Below, piece after piece: positions 1-10,833 of a stretch of 64,000 nt of DNA. This stretch comes from Strigamia acuminata (Eukaryota). A program made the position numbers and the translations under genes. The notes beneath the pieces are model-generated. The model was not told the DNA's origin, did no database searches, and saw only the letters and a list, made by a program, of their open reading frames with translations. The stretch spans positions 26,536,001 through 26,600,000 of the forward strand of contig OX442314.1 in NCBI GenBank assembly GCA_949358305.1, in the 5' to 3' direction. The first letter of the stretch is position 1; every line of letters begins with the position of its first letter.

Positions 1-3000
1 TTTTATTTCATGTTGGAATTTTAATTCGGGTAAGTGTCATTAAATTGATAAATTCATTTTAAACAAGTGTCCTCTGTTGATGCTAACTTCTACAGTGTAC
101 ACAAAAATTTGATTTTATGTTCTAGTTAAACAATGCAATAACATTTTTAGGTGTTGCTGATACAAAAAACCGACATTATTTTCATTTTCATCAGACATGT
201 AAGGCTATACACATACTGGAAATGTTGAATGCCAGAAGCGTCCTACTCATCTATGATGAAGGTACAGTAAATACAGTTTCAAATCTGACAGAAGTTAGGG
301 ATAATGATGAAACACTGGCCCATTTATCTGATGTGATCTATTGAGTGTCAAACATTAACTTAGCAATAAGGGTGCGGTCGAATAGGATACAATCCGACCA
401 AATCAAATTCGGATTGAATTGAGTCGGATTCGGATGGTCCCAAATCAATCCGATTTTTTTTATCGAATTGGATAATTCAAAATTTTATCCATACATTCTG
501 GATAGGATTGGGGGGAGAAACCGAAACCGATCCATATAATCCAAAATTCAAAAAATCAATTTATGCAGTTTATTTTAAATTTTTATGTTTTTTTCTCACT
601 TTATTCGACTTTTTTGGTCAGTTTTGCACCTAATTCATCCTTTTTTTGGTCATATTTGCTCTTTTTAAACTTTTTTTTGGTCACTTCTGCACATAATTCA
701 TCAGTTTTTGGTCATTTCTGCACATAATTCATCAGTTTTTGGTCATTATTCACTTAATTCATCAGTTTTTGGCCATTATTCTGTGGAGTTTGGGATTTCG
801 ACAGGCGACAACGGTCGCCAGGGGGCGGGCGGACAAACGCGAATATGTCCGATAGACGTTTTGGGGGTAGACAGCCAATTGGGGGCTGTTCCTTGTGGTC
901 AGCCAATCAGGGCTGACCAGTCTCATATTTAAATGTAATAATTTGTAATAAAGATCACTTTGAATTTAACAAGCTAGTGTGTGCGTCGCGGACCAGCGGG
1001 TCCGCCATTTTGTTTATTTGGAGTCAGCTAGTAATAGTTTACATCAGAAGTGGGATAGACGAATTCGATGCGACGATAAAGTAGACGAAAGTAGACGAAA
1101 AGTAAAAGGCGATTGAGTTTGGCGACGGAAGCGAGATTCGGAATTCGGGGTAACAAATAGCACGTGGACAGGTCGGGAAACGAGAGTCGGTTCGCCAGGA
1201 CAAACACGTGTTACGAAGGTTAGCCGAAGTACGATCGAAGATGGCCGTAGCAAAAGCAATCGTAGCGAAAATCAGACGCGGGGCATTTCCAACGGAGGCC
1301 GAGTGGGACAAACTGAGAGCCAAAGATGTCCAGCCACTATTGATAGAACGGAATATCGTGCCGCCGAGATTAAAGCGAGAGATGATAATCACGTTGCGAC
1401 AAGCCGTGCTCGCAGAGTTAGGACTCGTAGATGAAGACGTGAATCAGGATGAGGTAGAGGAAGACGACAAAGAAGACGACAAAAACGACGAGAAAGACGA
1501 AGAGAAAGTAGAAGACAACGATCCGGAGATAGAAGAAAACCCACCGGTACAAGCGATGATGAACGGCGGATTTAGTGCGGATCAAGTACAAGAGATGATG
1601 AAGCAAATGATGGCGACGATGCTAGCGATGCAGACGAAACCAGAGGCGCCGAAAGAGCCGAAGGAAGTGAAAAACGCGCCAAAGCTGCCACGATTTTCGG
1701 GAGACCAGAACGAGTTGCGGACAACGACGCAGTGGTTGGCGGACGTTCACGAATACGCGAAAGAATACAAGTGGACGAACGCAACCAAAGTAACGACGGC
1801 GGCGGCGGCGTTGGATGGTCCGGCGAAGGTATGGCACGAAAATTCCGGAACGACGATACGGAAATTTGACGCGTGGGAGGCCGAGTTGAAGAAGAATTTT
1901 CCGGATCAACGACTAACATACGACGAGAAAGAAAGGTTGATTCGGGCACCGCAGAAGAACGACGAGACGGCCGAAACCTATTTACGACGGAAATGGGCCA
2001 CATGCGAAAAGTTGGGAATGACGATCGGGGACGCACAAGAGTATTTGCTGGACGGGTTAAAACTCAAGACCGCCACGGCGCCAATGTATTTTCTCCAGTA
2101 CCAACATATCACCGAAATCGTCCGGACGATGCGAAGCGTGGAAGCGCGGAACAAAGTCGCGATCGTCGAAACAAAAACAAAGCCGTCTACAGCGAAGCCA
2201 ACCGGGAACGCGTTGATCAAGTGCTACAAATGCGGCGAGAAGGGGCACCGAAAGGAGGACTGTCCAAACGAGTTGAAGTGTTTTAAATGTCACGAGTCGT
2301 GGCATTTATCGAACGCGTGTCCAAACGGGACAAAATGTTTTAATTGTAGCGGATTTGGGCACATGGCGAACACGTGCCCAGAGCCAAAAAAAGAGCGGAA
2401 GCAGCCATCGAAGGACAAGTTGGACGTTAAGACGAAGAAGATTTACAAGATCGAAGCCGAGGAGATGCAGCCAGAATTCGAGACCATGATGTGGGTCGAT
2501 GGAAAGAAATGCAGCGCGGGAATCGATACACAAAGCGCCGTGTGTCTAATTAGTAAGACGTTTGCGAAACGTACGAAAATCGAGGAGCCGGACTACGAAT
2601 ACGTGATCGAAGGATTTAATCAGGACGCAAGTCGCTACCGCGGGCGAACGAGATGTGATGTAGAAAGCGCAAAAGTGAAATTGGCGGATGTCGAGTTCTA
2701 CGTGGTCGACAACGCCAGGATGCCGACGGAAGTCTGGATAGGGAAGCCATTCTTGAAACACCCAACGATCACGATGCAGTCCGATGGAGGATACGTAACG
2801 TTCAGACCGAGGGAAGGGATGCAAGACGAAGCAGGAATTACCAGAATCGAGCCGAAAATCACTGCAGCAAAGCCGCGAGCGCTCGTGATCGACAAGAACA
2901 AAGTGGTGCCAGCCCACTCGATAAGTTTGGTGACGGTACGAGCGAAGAATCAATCAGACGGGTTGTTTTACGTAGAAAACGAACGCGCGGTGACGGATCG

Positions 3001-6000
3001 ATTAGAAGTACCGGAAGGCTTGATCGAAGTAAAGAACGAGCGGGCAATAATGCCAATAATCAACGATGGACCGGAAGAAGTACGAGTCACACGAGGTCGA
3101 AAGCTTGGACACGTTGAAATCACCGAAGAAGAACCGTCGTTGCACCAAGTACAAGTCAAGAAAGTCGCGACGACCGAGGCGAGTCCGAGGATGCGAATAA
3201 CGGCCGACGAAATTAATTTGGGCAAATCGGTGACGCCAGAAGAGACGGAGATTGTACTGACGATGATCAACGACGAATTTCGAGACTGCTTCGCTACGAG
3301 TTTGGAGGAGGTCGGATGTTTCCCAGATCTCAAGATGGAAATCGAAGTTACAACGACAAGACCAACGAATTTGCGGCGATACCAGTATTCGGCGGCGCAA
3401 CAGAAAGAAATCGACAAAATGGTCGCCGAGTTGGAAGGAGCAGGATTCGTGACGCGATCAAAGAGTCCATTCAACAGTCCGATCGTGATGGTGCGCAAGA
3501 AAACTGGCGAATGGAGAATTTGTATTGATTTCAGGTCGCTCAACGAAATAACGGTGAAGGAACACTTTCCGTGCCCCAGGATGGATGAGTTACTCGACGG
3601 GACGCACGAATGGCGAGTCTTCCTAGTGTTCGATTTGGCGTCGGGTTACTACCAGATCGAATTGACGGCCGGAGCGCAAGAGAAGACAGCATTTTCGACA
3701 ATGAACGGCAAATACCAGTTTGTACGGATGCCGTTTGGGTTGATAAACGCGCCGTTTGTTTTCAATCGAGTGATGGAGTTGGCGTTCGGACATTTGCCAT
3801 ACGAAGTACTGCGCAGATATATGGACGATCTTCTATCGGGTGCGAAAACGAACGCGGAGTTAATCGAGAAGATGCGAAAGATCTTAATCGAGGTGAGAAG
3901 ATCGAAGCTCACATTGAAGTTGAGCAAGTGCCACTTCCTCTGCGAAGAAGTACAGTTTCTCGGGCTACGACTGACGAAAGACGGCCTGCGACCAAGATTC
4001 GAGAAGACAAGCGCGATCAAGAATTTTGCGAAGCCAAAAGACGTACGAGGCGTAAGGAGCTTTTTGGGATTGTGTGGGTATTTCCGACGATTCATCGCAG
4101 GATATGCGACAAAAACGAGAGCGCTGACGAAATTAACTCGCAAGAACGAAACGTTTGTGTGGACGACTGAGTGTGAAGCGGCGTTTCAGGGGTTAATTGG
4201 AGAATTGATTGCGGAGCCCGTGTTGAAGATCTACGATAACACACGACCGTGCGAGGTGCATACGGACGCATCACAAGACGGGATCGGAGCAGTGTTGATG
4301 CAGCGAGGCGAAGGAAACGATCTGCACCCGATTATCTACGCGAGTAGAACGACGACCGAATGCGAGAAGCGATATCATTCAACGGAGCTCGAGTTGATGG
4401 CGGTAGTTTGGGCAGTATTGAAATTTCGGATGTATTTGTACGGCTCAGAGTTTACGGTGGTGACAGATTGCGAGGCGGTACGGTACGGGTTGAAGAAACG
4501 GGAGTTGACGCCACGAATCGGGAGATGGGTGTTGGCGCTTTCGGAATATAATTTCAAAGCAATACATCGACCAGGATTACTCATGGGCCACGTCGACGCC
4601 CTGAGTAGGAACGCGGAACCAGCGAGCGGCGAGGAAACGGAGATGGAACGACGGTTCAAAGTTAACCAAATTAAATTTACAGAAGGCGACTGGCTCGTGG
4701 CTGCGCAGGAAAGCGATCCCGAGTGTAAAGAGTTGAAGGACGCGCTGTTGATAGAAGATAAAAGTTTATTGAACGAACGAATGCAGCACAAGAGCCGAGG
4801 ATACAAAATCAAGAAGGGACACGTTTATTTCGAATTGACGGCAAATGGACGGCGAAGGGATGTATTGTATTTGCCCAAGATGATGCGGAGACAGATCACG
4901 AACGAAGTACATATTGGACACGCGCATCCAGGAGTCGACGCAACGATTGAGGCGATTCGGAAGAGGTTTTGGTTCCCCAGGATGCGAAGTTACGTAAAGG
5001 CAGCCGTAGGAACGTGTGTCGAGTGTTTGATGAGGAAGGAACCAGGAGGAAAACGGGCCGGCGAGTTGAATATTATCGAGAGACAAAGGGTGCCATTCCA
5101 CACTGTTCACCTGGATCATGTGGGCCCCTTTCCGAAGAGCGGCATTGGATATCGACACATTCTGGTGGCGGTATGCAATTTTTCCAAGATTTGAATTAGC
5201 CGCCATTTATTCAGTAAATTGTTTGCAACCCTGAAACAACAACAATTTGACAGCCGAAAGTTTAGGGTTTTATCTGCCGAAATTGGATAATATTGATGTG
5301 GCCAATATGTGGTTACAACAAGACGGGCCAATTCTGATCACCGAAACCGGTGATGTCTCATGCAGTAATTGAATTGTTTTCATGGTAATATGGCATGTGG
5401 CACCATCTTTTTAAAACCACATATTGGCCACATCAATATAATTCAATTTTGGCAGATAAAAGCCTAAACTTTCGGCTGTCAAATCCTTGTTGTTTCAGGG
5501 TCGCCAACAATTTACTGCACAAATGGCGGCTAATTCAAATCTTGCTTTATTTTTGGGACACCCTATATTATTTGCAAAACAGTAAATATTCTCTTTAATC
5601 TTATCAAGAAGTAATGAAGAAGCAATGTTTATGGAGGCATCCATTACAGGAAGTGGAAATGATGTCACTAAAATTCCTGGATGACCATGTGACCAGAAAA
5701 CAACTCCAGAAAAAGTAGTTCTGGATCAATGATGCAGAACTATTTTCCTGGAGTTGTTGCTCAGCAACCAGTTGTTTACCATATCCCTACATACAGCCTT
5801 TTCACTCAAAATGTCTACTAGGGCCCAAAAAGAGTACAGATTTGGGACAATTACTATGGTTAATCAGCCGAACATAGAGGCCTATAATTTTAGACAATTA
5901 TTCAGCTCACTAAAATGACTTATTCATGTGGTTCCCTTGTTAATAAAAGATCATGCGGCGCAATTTTGAACTTACTGAACTTAAAATTCAGAAAATTTAT

Positions 6001-9000
6001 GAATTACATGGTGCTGCAAAATCTTATAGGGAAATTGGAACATTCTAAAACTGCTATGGCCAATGTATTGACCAAAAAAGAAAACAATGGTCAAAACAAA
6101 TGCAGTGGTTGCAAACCCAAGCTATCAACAAGGGATAAACGACAGGTTTTTAGAGTCGTAACAAACAGTGAACTCTCAACAAGGCAAGCAGCAGCTCAAT
6201 TATCATAAAATGTCTCATACAACAATTTGGAGAAGTTGGAAAAATAATAACCTAGTGGAATACTGCAAGATGAAAGGAAAACCAAATTTAACTCCTGCAC
6301 ACAAGCCAGCACGATTGCAGTGGGCCCATTCTGTGATGAGCTGGACAAATGAGTGGGAACAAACTTTTTTTCTGATGAGAAGAACTGGAATTTAGATGGC
6401 CCAGATGGTTATGGATACTACTGGCATGATTTGCGCAAGAATTCAAAAGTTAGAATGAGCCACCAAATGGGAGGTGGGGGAGTGATGGTGTGCGATGCAT
6501 TTGCATTCAATGGAAAAACTGATATTGTTGTAATTGAAGGAAAAATGGATACTGTGAAGTACCAAGAGCTTCTTAAAAACAATTTAATTGCTTTTGGACC
6601 ATTGATTGGTGGCGATAACTGGACATTTCAACAAGACAATGCTCCAATTCATGTCTCTAAATCAACAAAAAAAAATAGTTTAATTGCAATAACGCAAACA
6701 ACCCTGGTTAGAAGTCGAAATTGGCTTCTTTCATCATCTGGTATTGATGTTTCGTGCATGTGCTTTTGTTTTAACGTTGATGTATTATTAACCTTCCCAT
6801 AGCCATGTTGGGCCAAAAAAATTACAGAAGTGAAAAAATCACTGTAATTCTTTTTTTCCTGAAAATTAATTAATGAGGTTAACTTTAATTCCTCAAAAAC
6901 TTGCTTTTCTCATTTTATAATGTCTAAATACGAATAGTTTTTCAATTATTATTAAGATAATTTAATATTTATAACATAAAACACCCTTAATGGGAGCACC
7001 GTACACTACTTTGCCATCGGTTTGCACTAGGTGGCGTATTAAAATTAGTCCTAAAACATGTGCTTTTACCAGGAAAAATGCGATTGCACCAGGAAAAATG
7101 TGATTGCACCAGGAAAAATGTGATTGTGCACATGTGCAGAAGGATTTTTGAAAAGAAGGTAGAAATGACCGACCATGGCTGCACATGTGTAGAATTAGCC
7201 ATGGCTATGGGAAGGTTAATTGCGACTTTGCATTGTACGTAAGAATGCAACTATTAAATAGTTAATCCCAAAATTTTTCCCTATTTTGGTGTATTGGCAC
7301 TGTACAAAGAATTGTTTAAGTCAAATGATGAAATAAGCGATTGATTGCTAACCGTAGTAATCAATGATGTCATCATGAAGCTTCCATATTTTCCCCTTAG
7401 AAACGGTTGACCAGGTAACGGATCAATAAAAGGTTATTCTTCTGTTAGTGAAGAATAACAATGCTAGTCCACACTTTGTAATGAAATAAAGAGGAGGAAC
7501 ACCAAAAACTCTGACCTGTCTATTTTATTACCCCAATCTAAGGACAGGATATGGAATACCCACCCCAACCACTTTACAGTTTGTTTGCTGTATTTTAAGT
7601 AAAAATAAATTATTTCTGATATTACAGAATTCGTTTCTTCTGCATTTCTGAAATGGCCCTACACAACTAAACTTATAACATTACAATTATCTGGTAATAA
7701 AAATACATCAACAATTTTACCAGATCACCGCTTTGATTTCTTACTTGTCTGGTTGAAACATCCAATCAACTTGCTCAAAATATTTGAAAATGAAGTAATC
7801 TGTGCAATGCTTCACAAGTAGAGAACCATATTCATAAATTCTATTGCAGGCATTTCAATCACCTTTTGTGATTGAGAAGAAAACAATCTTGTTTCTGTTA
7901 GAAGATTATTCTCAAGCTGATTTCACTATGAGTATACAAGACCTGTTAATTTGGAGACAAAACCAAATCATTTTTCTTATCGATGCCAAAAACCACACTT
8001 GTCAGGTTATACTTCAAAATCAAGTGCACTGAGTAGAATAGTACAAATTCAACTTTTCAACTATCAAAAATTATTTTTATAACACTACACTGCCGTGCAC
8101 TTAACGATTAATTTGTGTGTGTAATTTTGAGTAATTTAACAGAAATTTAATATGATTTCAATGAAATATGTGGGAAACTTAAACTCCCTTATAAAATGTG
8201 ATGTACAAATATCCTGTGCAGTAAAATTATGTATCTCAAACATAATCTCTACTCAGATAATTCCATCTTTCAATTACAATATCTCTGTAGGAATTGTTCC
8301 TGTGAGTAAAATACAAATAATGTCAACTTGTTATGTCATTTTTAATCATTTATTTCTAGTTTATGCCTGATGCAATTGTGATTAAAAAATATGACAATGG
8401 AACAACTTTATTTAGTGGATTTGTCTATGACTTATTGATTTCTTACCTCTGTCCCACAATGAAATTAAGGTCTGTGTCATTAAATAGAGAAACTACTGAA
8501 CTAAAATAAATTTTACTTGTAAATAGTGTGATCGAATTGTATGGAGACCATTTAAATAATGAAGTAATCCGCGAAATGATAATTCAAAAAGTAAATATGG
8601 GTCATAGAATGTAAAATACACTATTTTTCCATATAGACATTTCTTAGAACGGGGTGCGTCTTAACCCTAGGGGGTGGCGCTACTGTCGCAAAAAAATATA
8701 TCGCGAATATAATATATCGTGAATAAACCAATCGCGAAAAAATTAAAACGCGAATAAACCAATCGCGAAAACACTAAAACGCGAAAAAACTAAAACGCGA
8801 AAAATCTAAAACGCGAAAAAAAAAAGAAAACTGGAAAGAGAAAAAAGAAACGCGATTCCTTTTTTCGCGACTCTAAATGCGCCCCAACCCTAGCAGTACA
8901 AACCTAAAATTATGTTTTTAGCCCAAATCTTTGTTATTAAACATGACTGATGACATTGACATTGAAAGTCGAATTAGAGATCAGCATTGGTTTGCTTCCA

Positions 9001-10418
9001 ACCAATTTATGTATTTTCCGTTAAAATCCGAATAATGTTTAATTATTAGTTTACGTGTTTTCTTAGGAAGTTGATACAGGCACTACACCCTACATTATGT
9101 CATCAGGTCGAGTTCCTTATGTAGACAGTGTGGCTTTAGAAATGAAGTATGATAATTTGGCAATTGCAGTAGTACTTTCATCTGAAATCGAAGACCTTAT
9201 GTGGTTCACATTCGTCAAACCATTCAGTTGTAACATGTGGATTTGCTCAATTTTGCTTAGTCTTTTGTTAAAATTTATTTTTGAAGCAATTCTTCGTACA
9301 AAGAAATTGGACAATACAAATACTGGTAAGTTATATTGCTTGTTGACACAGACCAAGCAAGCCAGCTCTGAACAGTCAACCCAATCGCTAACCTTGTCAT
9401 GTTGGTGTGCCTGCAATGCTTACTTGGTCGACTACCACTGCCTATTGCAATAATCTGATAATTTCATTTTAGACTTCAACAACTCGATCAAAATATTCAG
9501 TTTATTGCTATTTCTATTTATTTTTTGCATCATGTCAGCTTTTAGTGCAGTTCTGTACGCTTCTTTTACTGTAAAGCCAAGAACCAATGCGTTCGAAACT
9601 TTAGAAGATTTAATAAAAGATGGAGGATTTATGTTCTACGCCCATCAAGATTACCAAATCCATGCTATTGCAAAAGTAACATCTATTTTCTTTTTCCAAA
9701 TTTTTTTTAACCATGACTATTTGTAGCATGCGAAAGCAGGCCACCTCAAAGTTTTACATTACTTAATGAGTAAAAGTCCAAATGGTGGGAAAATATCCAA
9801 TTTCGAAGATATTTATGAATCCGTCTTATCAAAACGACACGCATTCATCCACTACATGAATTTATTCAAACACGACCTGCAACACGATTGCAGACATTAT
9901 CTAATTAAAATGCCCGATAGAATCGGTCTGCCAATAGGGTTTGGTAAAAGATCAAAATTTGTCGAAATGTTCAACCAAAAGTAAGTGGAAGAAACGATCG
10001 ATTCGTTTATACATTTCTCAATTTACTCATTACTCGTTTCTAGATTGATATTAATTCGAGAGTATGGTCTTCTCACGGCATTGGAGAAGACTTACACACC
10101 AGAAAGACATTGCGAAACTAATTACAATTTGTTTAAACCATGTACAATACGTCAAACAATAAGTGCATTTATTGTTTTGTTGGCAGGGATTGGTGCTTCT
10201 CTGACCCTTTTTTTAATTGAACAGGTAAAACTAAATAAATTAATAAATTAATAAATAATTTAATTTCTTTTCATAAGATTAGAGAAGTACATCCAGAATT
10301 AATAGAGAAGCTGAAATCACTTCCGTTTGATCTCATCAAAGTGATTAGATCAACTGCTATTTTCTTATACAAATGCACAAGTGAAGTAAAGATTTCAGCA
10401 AAGCTGTGTTTTATATAA
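1..10418 (+). CDS. Divergent ionotropic receptor (IR/iGluR family), copy 1; 12 exons, first exon cut by the window edge
   Basis: GT-AG exons join in frame: <1-29, 151-261, 7628-7794, 7850-8005, 8143-8301, 8360-8469, 8527-8590, 9067-9325, 9473-9675, 9727-9980, 10044-10224, 10278-10418. IR-like motifs: S1 [38 protein letters not shown] before TM1, [29 protein letters not shown], and C-terminal [23 protein letters not shown]. Exon model is by eye. Confidence 0.8.
370..781. mobile_element. Remnant of a non-autonomous DNA element in IR intron 2, with ATCCG/CGGAT-rich subterminal motifs and a degenerate ~30-bp tandem repeat at about 610-781
   Basis: Absent from the paralogous intron (compare 29140-29170). 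Repeated units resemble GGTCATTTCTGCACATAATTCATCAGTTTTT. Interrupted by the LTR at 782. Confidence 0.45.
782..5190 (+). mobile_element. Ty3/gypsy LTR retrotransposon of mdg3/micropia type, 3'-truncated; 5' LTR about 782-1043, PBS 1044-1056
   Basis: TG..CA segment followed directly by TCAGAAGTGGGAT and a single gag-pol ORF. No 3' LTR; the sequence switches to a MITE at 5185-5190. The left LTR edge is inferred without a second LTR. Confidence 0.9.
1241..5194 (+). CDS. gag-pol: Gag-Pol polyprotein (three CCHC knuckles, protease, RT, RNase H, N-terminal part of integrase), truncated
   Basis: [14 protein letters not shown] and two more knuckles; GIDTQS; RYMDD; HTDAS; HHCC zinc finger; VHLDHVGP. 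First ATG at 1241. The stop codon comes from the fused MITE. Confidence 0.92.
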   Translation: MAVAKAIVAKIRRGAFPTEAEWDKLRAKDVQPLLIERNIVPPRLKREMIITLRQAVLAELGLVDEDVNQDEVEEDDKEDDKNDEKDEEKVEDNDPEIEENPPVQAMMNGGFSADQVQEMMKQMMATMLAMQTKPEAPKEPKEVKNAPKLPRFSGDQNELRTTTQWLADVHEYAKEYKWTNATKVTTAAAALDGPAKVWHENSGTTIRKFDAWEAELKKNFPDQRLTYDEKERLIRAPQKNDETAETYLRRKWATCEKLGMTIGDAQEYLLDGLKLKTATAPMYFLQYQHITEIVRTMRSVEARNKVAIVETKTKPSTAKPTGNALIKCYKCGEKGHRKEDCPNELKCFKCHESWHLSNACPNGTKCFNCSGFGHMANTCPEPKKERKQPSKDKLDVKTKKIYKIEAEEMQPEFETMMWVDGKKCSAGIDTQSAVCLISKTFAKRTKIEEPDYEYVIEGFNQDASRYRGRTRCDVESAKVKLADVEFYVVDNARMPTEVWIGKPFLKHPTITMQSDGGYVTFRPREGMQDEAGITRIEPKITAAKPRALVIDKNKVVPAHSISLVTVRAKNQSDGLFYVENERAVTDRLEVPEGLIEVKNERAIMPIINDGPEEVRVTRGRKLGHVEITEEEPSLHQVQVKKVATTEASPRMRITADEINLGKSVTPEETEIVLTMINDEFRDCFATSLEEVGCFPDLKMEIEVTTTRPTNLRRYQYSAAQQKEIDKMVAELEGAGFVTRSKSPFNSPIVMVRKKTGEWRICIDFRSLNEITVKEHFPCPRMDELLDGTHEWRVFLVFDLASGYYQIELTAGAQEKTAFSTMNGKYQFVRMPFGLINAPFVFNRVMELAFGHLPYEVLRRYMDDLLSGAKTNAELIEKMRKILIEVRRSKLTLKLSKCHFLCEEVQFLGLRLTKDGLRPRFEKTSAIKNFAKPKDVRGVRSFLGLCGYFRRFIAGYATKTRALTKLTRKNETFVWTTECEAAFQGLIGELIAEPVLKIYDNTRPCEVHTDASQDGIGAVLMQRGEGNDLHPIIYASRTTTECEKRYHSTELELMAVVWAVLKFRMYLYGSEFTVVTDCEAVRYGLKKRELTPRIGRWVLALSEYNFKAIHRPGLLMGHVDALSRNAEPASGEETEMERRFKVNQIKFTEGDWLVAAQESDPECKELKDALLIEDKSLLNERMQHKSRGYKIKKGHVYFELTANGRRRDVLYLPKMMRRQITNEVHIGHAHPGVDATIEAIRKRFWFPRMRSYVKAAVGTCVECLMRKEPGGKRAGELNIIERQRVPFHTVHLDHVGPFPKSGIGYRHILVAVCNFSKI
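5185..5564. mobile_element. Tc1/mariner-type fold-back MITE with long imperfect TIRs; left tip deleted
   Basis: 5185-5315 is an imperfect reverse complement of about 5415-5544. The right end reads TTTTTGGGACACCCT followed by ATA. Confidence 0.75.
5880..6680 (+). pseudogene. Tc1/Tc3-like transposase relic
   Basis: Broken frames give [47 protein letters not shown] and FQQDNAPIH. Confidence 0.85.
6792..7215. mobile_element. piggyBac-like MITE with TTAA target duplication
   Basis: TTAA|CCTTCCCATAGCCATG...CATGGCTATGGGAAGG|TTAA. The paralogous site near 63705 is empty. Confidence 0.88.
8671..8885. mobile_element. MITE with 8-bp TSD (AACCCTAG), GGGG/CCCC ends and internal CGCGAA repeats; superfamily uncertain (Merlin- or hAT-like)
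   Basis: AACCCTAG at 8663-8670 and 8886-8893. Absent from IR copy 2. Confidence 0.75.
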
Positions 10419-10653
10419 TTGTAATAGAAATTGTTATGATGTTTAGGTGTTTGAACACATCTGCAGATGCATGTTTAAAAGCCATTGTGCTGAAGACGGT
10501 GCAGCCCAATAACAATCACCAGTATTATTGCATAGATAAAACAACCAACCGCGACCCCTCTGTTAAATTTGAATAAACAGTTATGTTAATTCCCTTACAC
10601 ACAATCGCTGCTTCTTTAACACGATTATTATTATTGTTTATTTTCCAAAAGAA

Positions 10654-10695
10654 GGGTGCCCCCCAACAGCCGAAGCCTACAGGGGGGGGACACCC
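10654..10695 (-). other. LINE 3'-terminal RNA stem-loop with a C(UUCG)G cap
   Basis: Sense strand GGGTGTCCCCCCCCTGTAGGC-TTCG-GCTGTTGGGGGGCACCC; repeated at 20276-20317. Confidence 0.7.
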
Positions 10696-10833
10696 ATCAA
10701 ACCACCTAAACAACCATCGTCAATTACAAAAACAAAAAGAGATCAAAAAAAAAATCATAATTCAAAATAGAACATCAAAAGAAACACAACAGCAAAAACA
10801 AAAAATCAAAATTAAAATTACATTAAATTAGCA

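Noticed and set aside
1039..5331. Many short overlapping or antisense ORFs within retroelement coding regions (also in 11155-15184, 34163-38866 and 47138-53162)
   Set aside because: Shadow ORFs of long coding sequences, with no motifs.
10487..10530. CTGAAGA motif suggesting a hammerhead ribozyme or Penelope end
   Set aside because: No matching GAAA core or supporting stems.
10524..10622. Possible further LINE 3' fragment next to the full-length LINE tail
   Set aside because: Only a short AATAAT and weak compositional similarity; not supportable.
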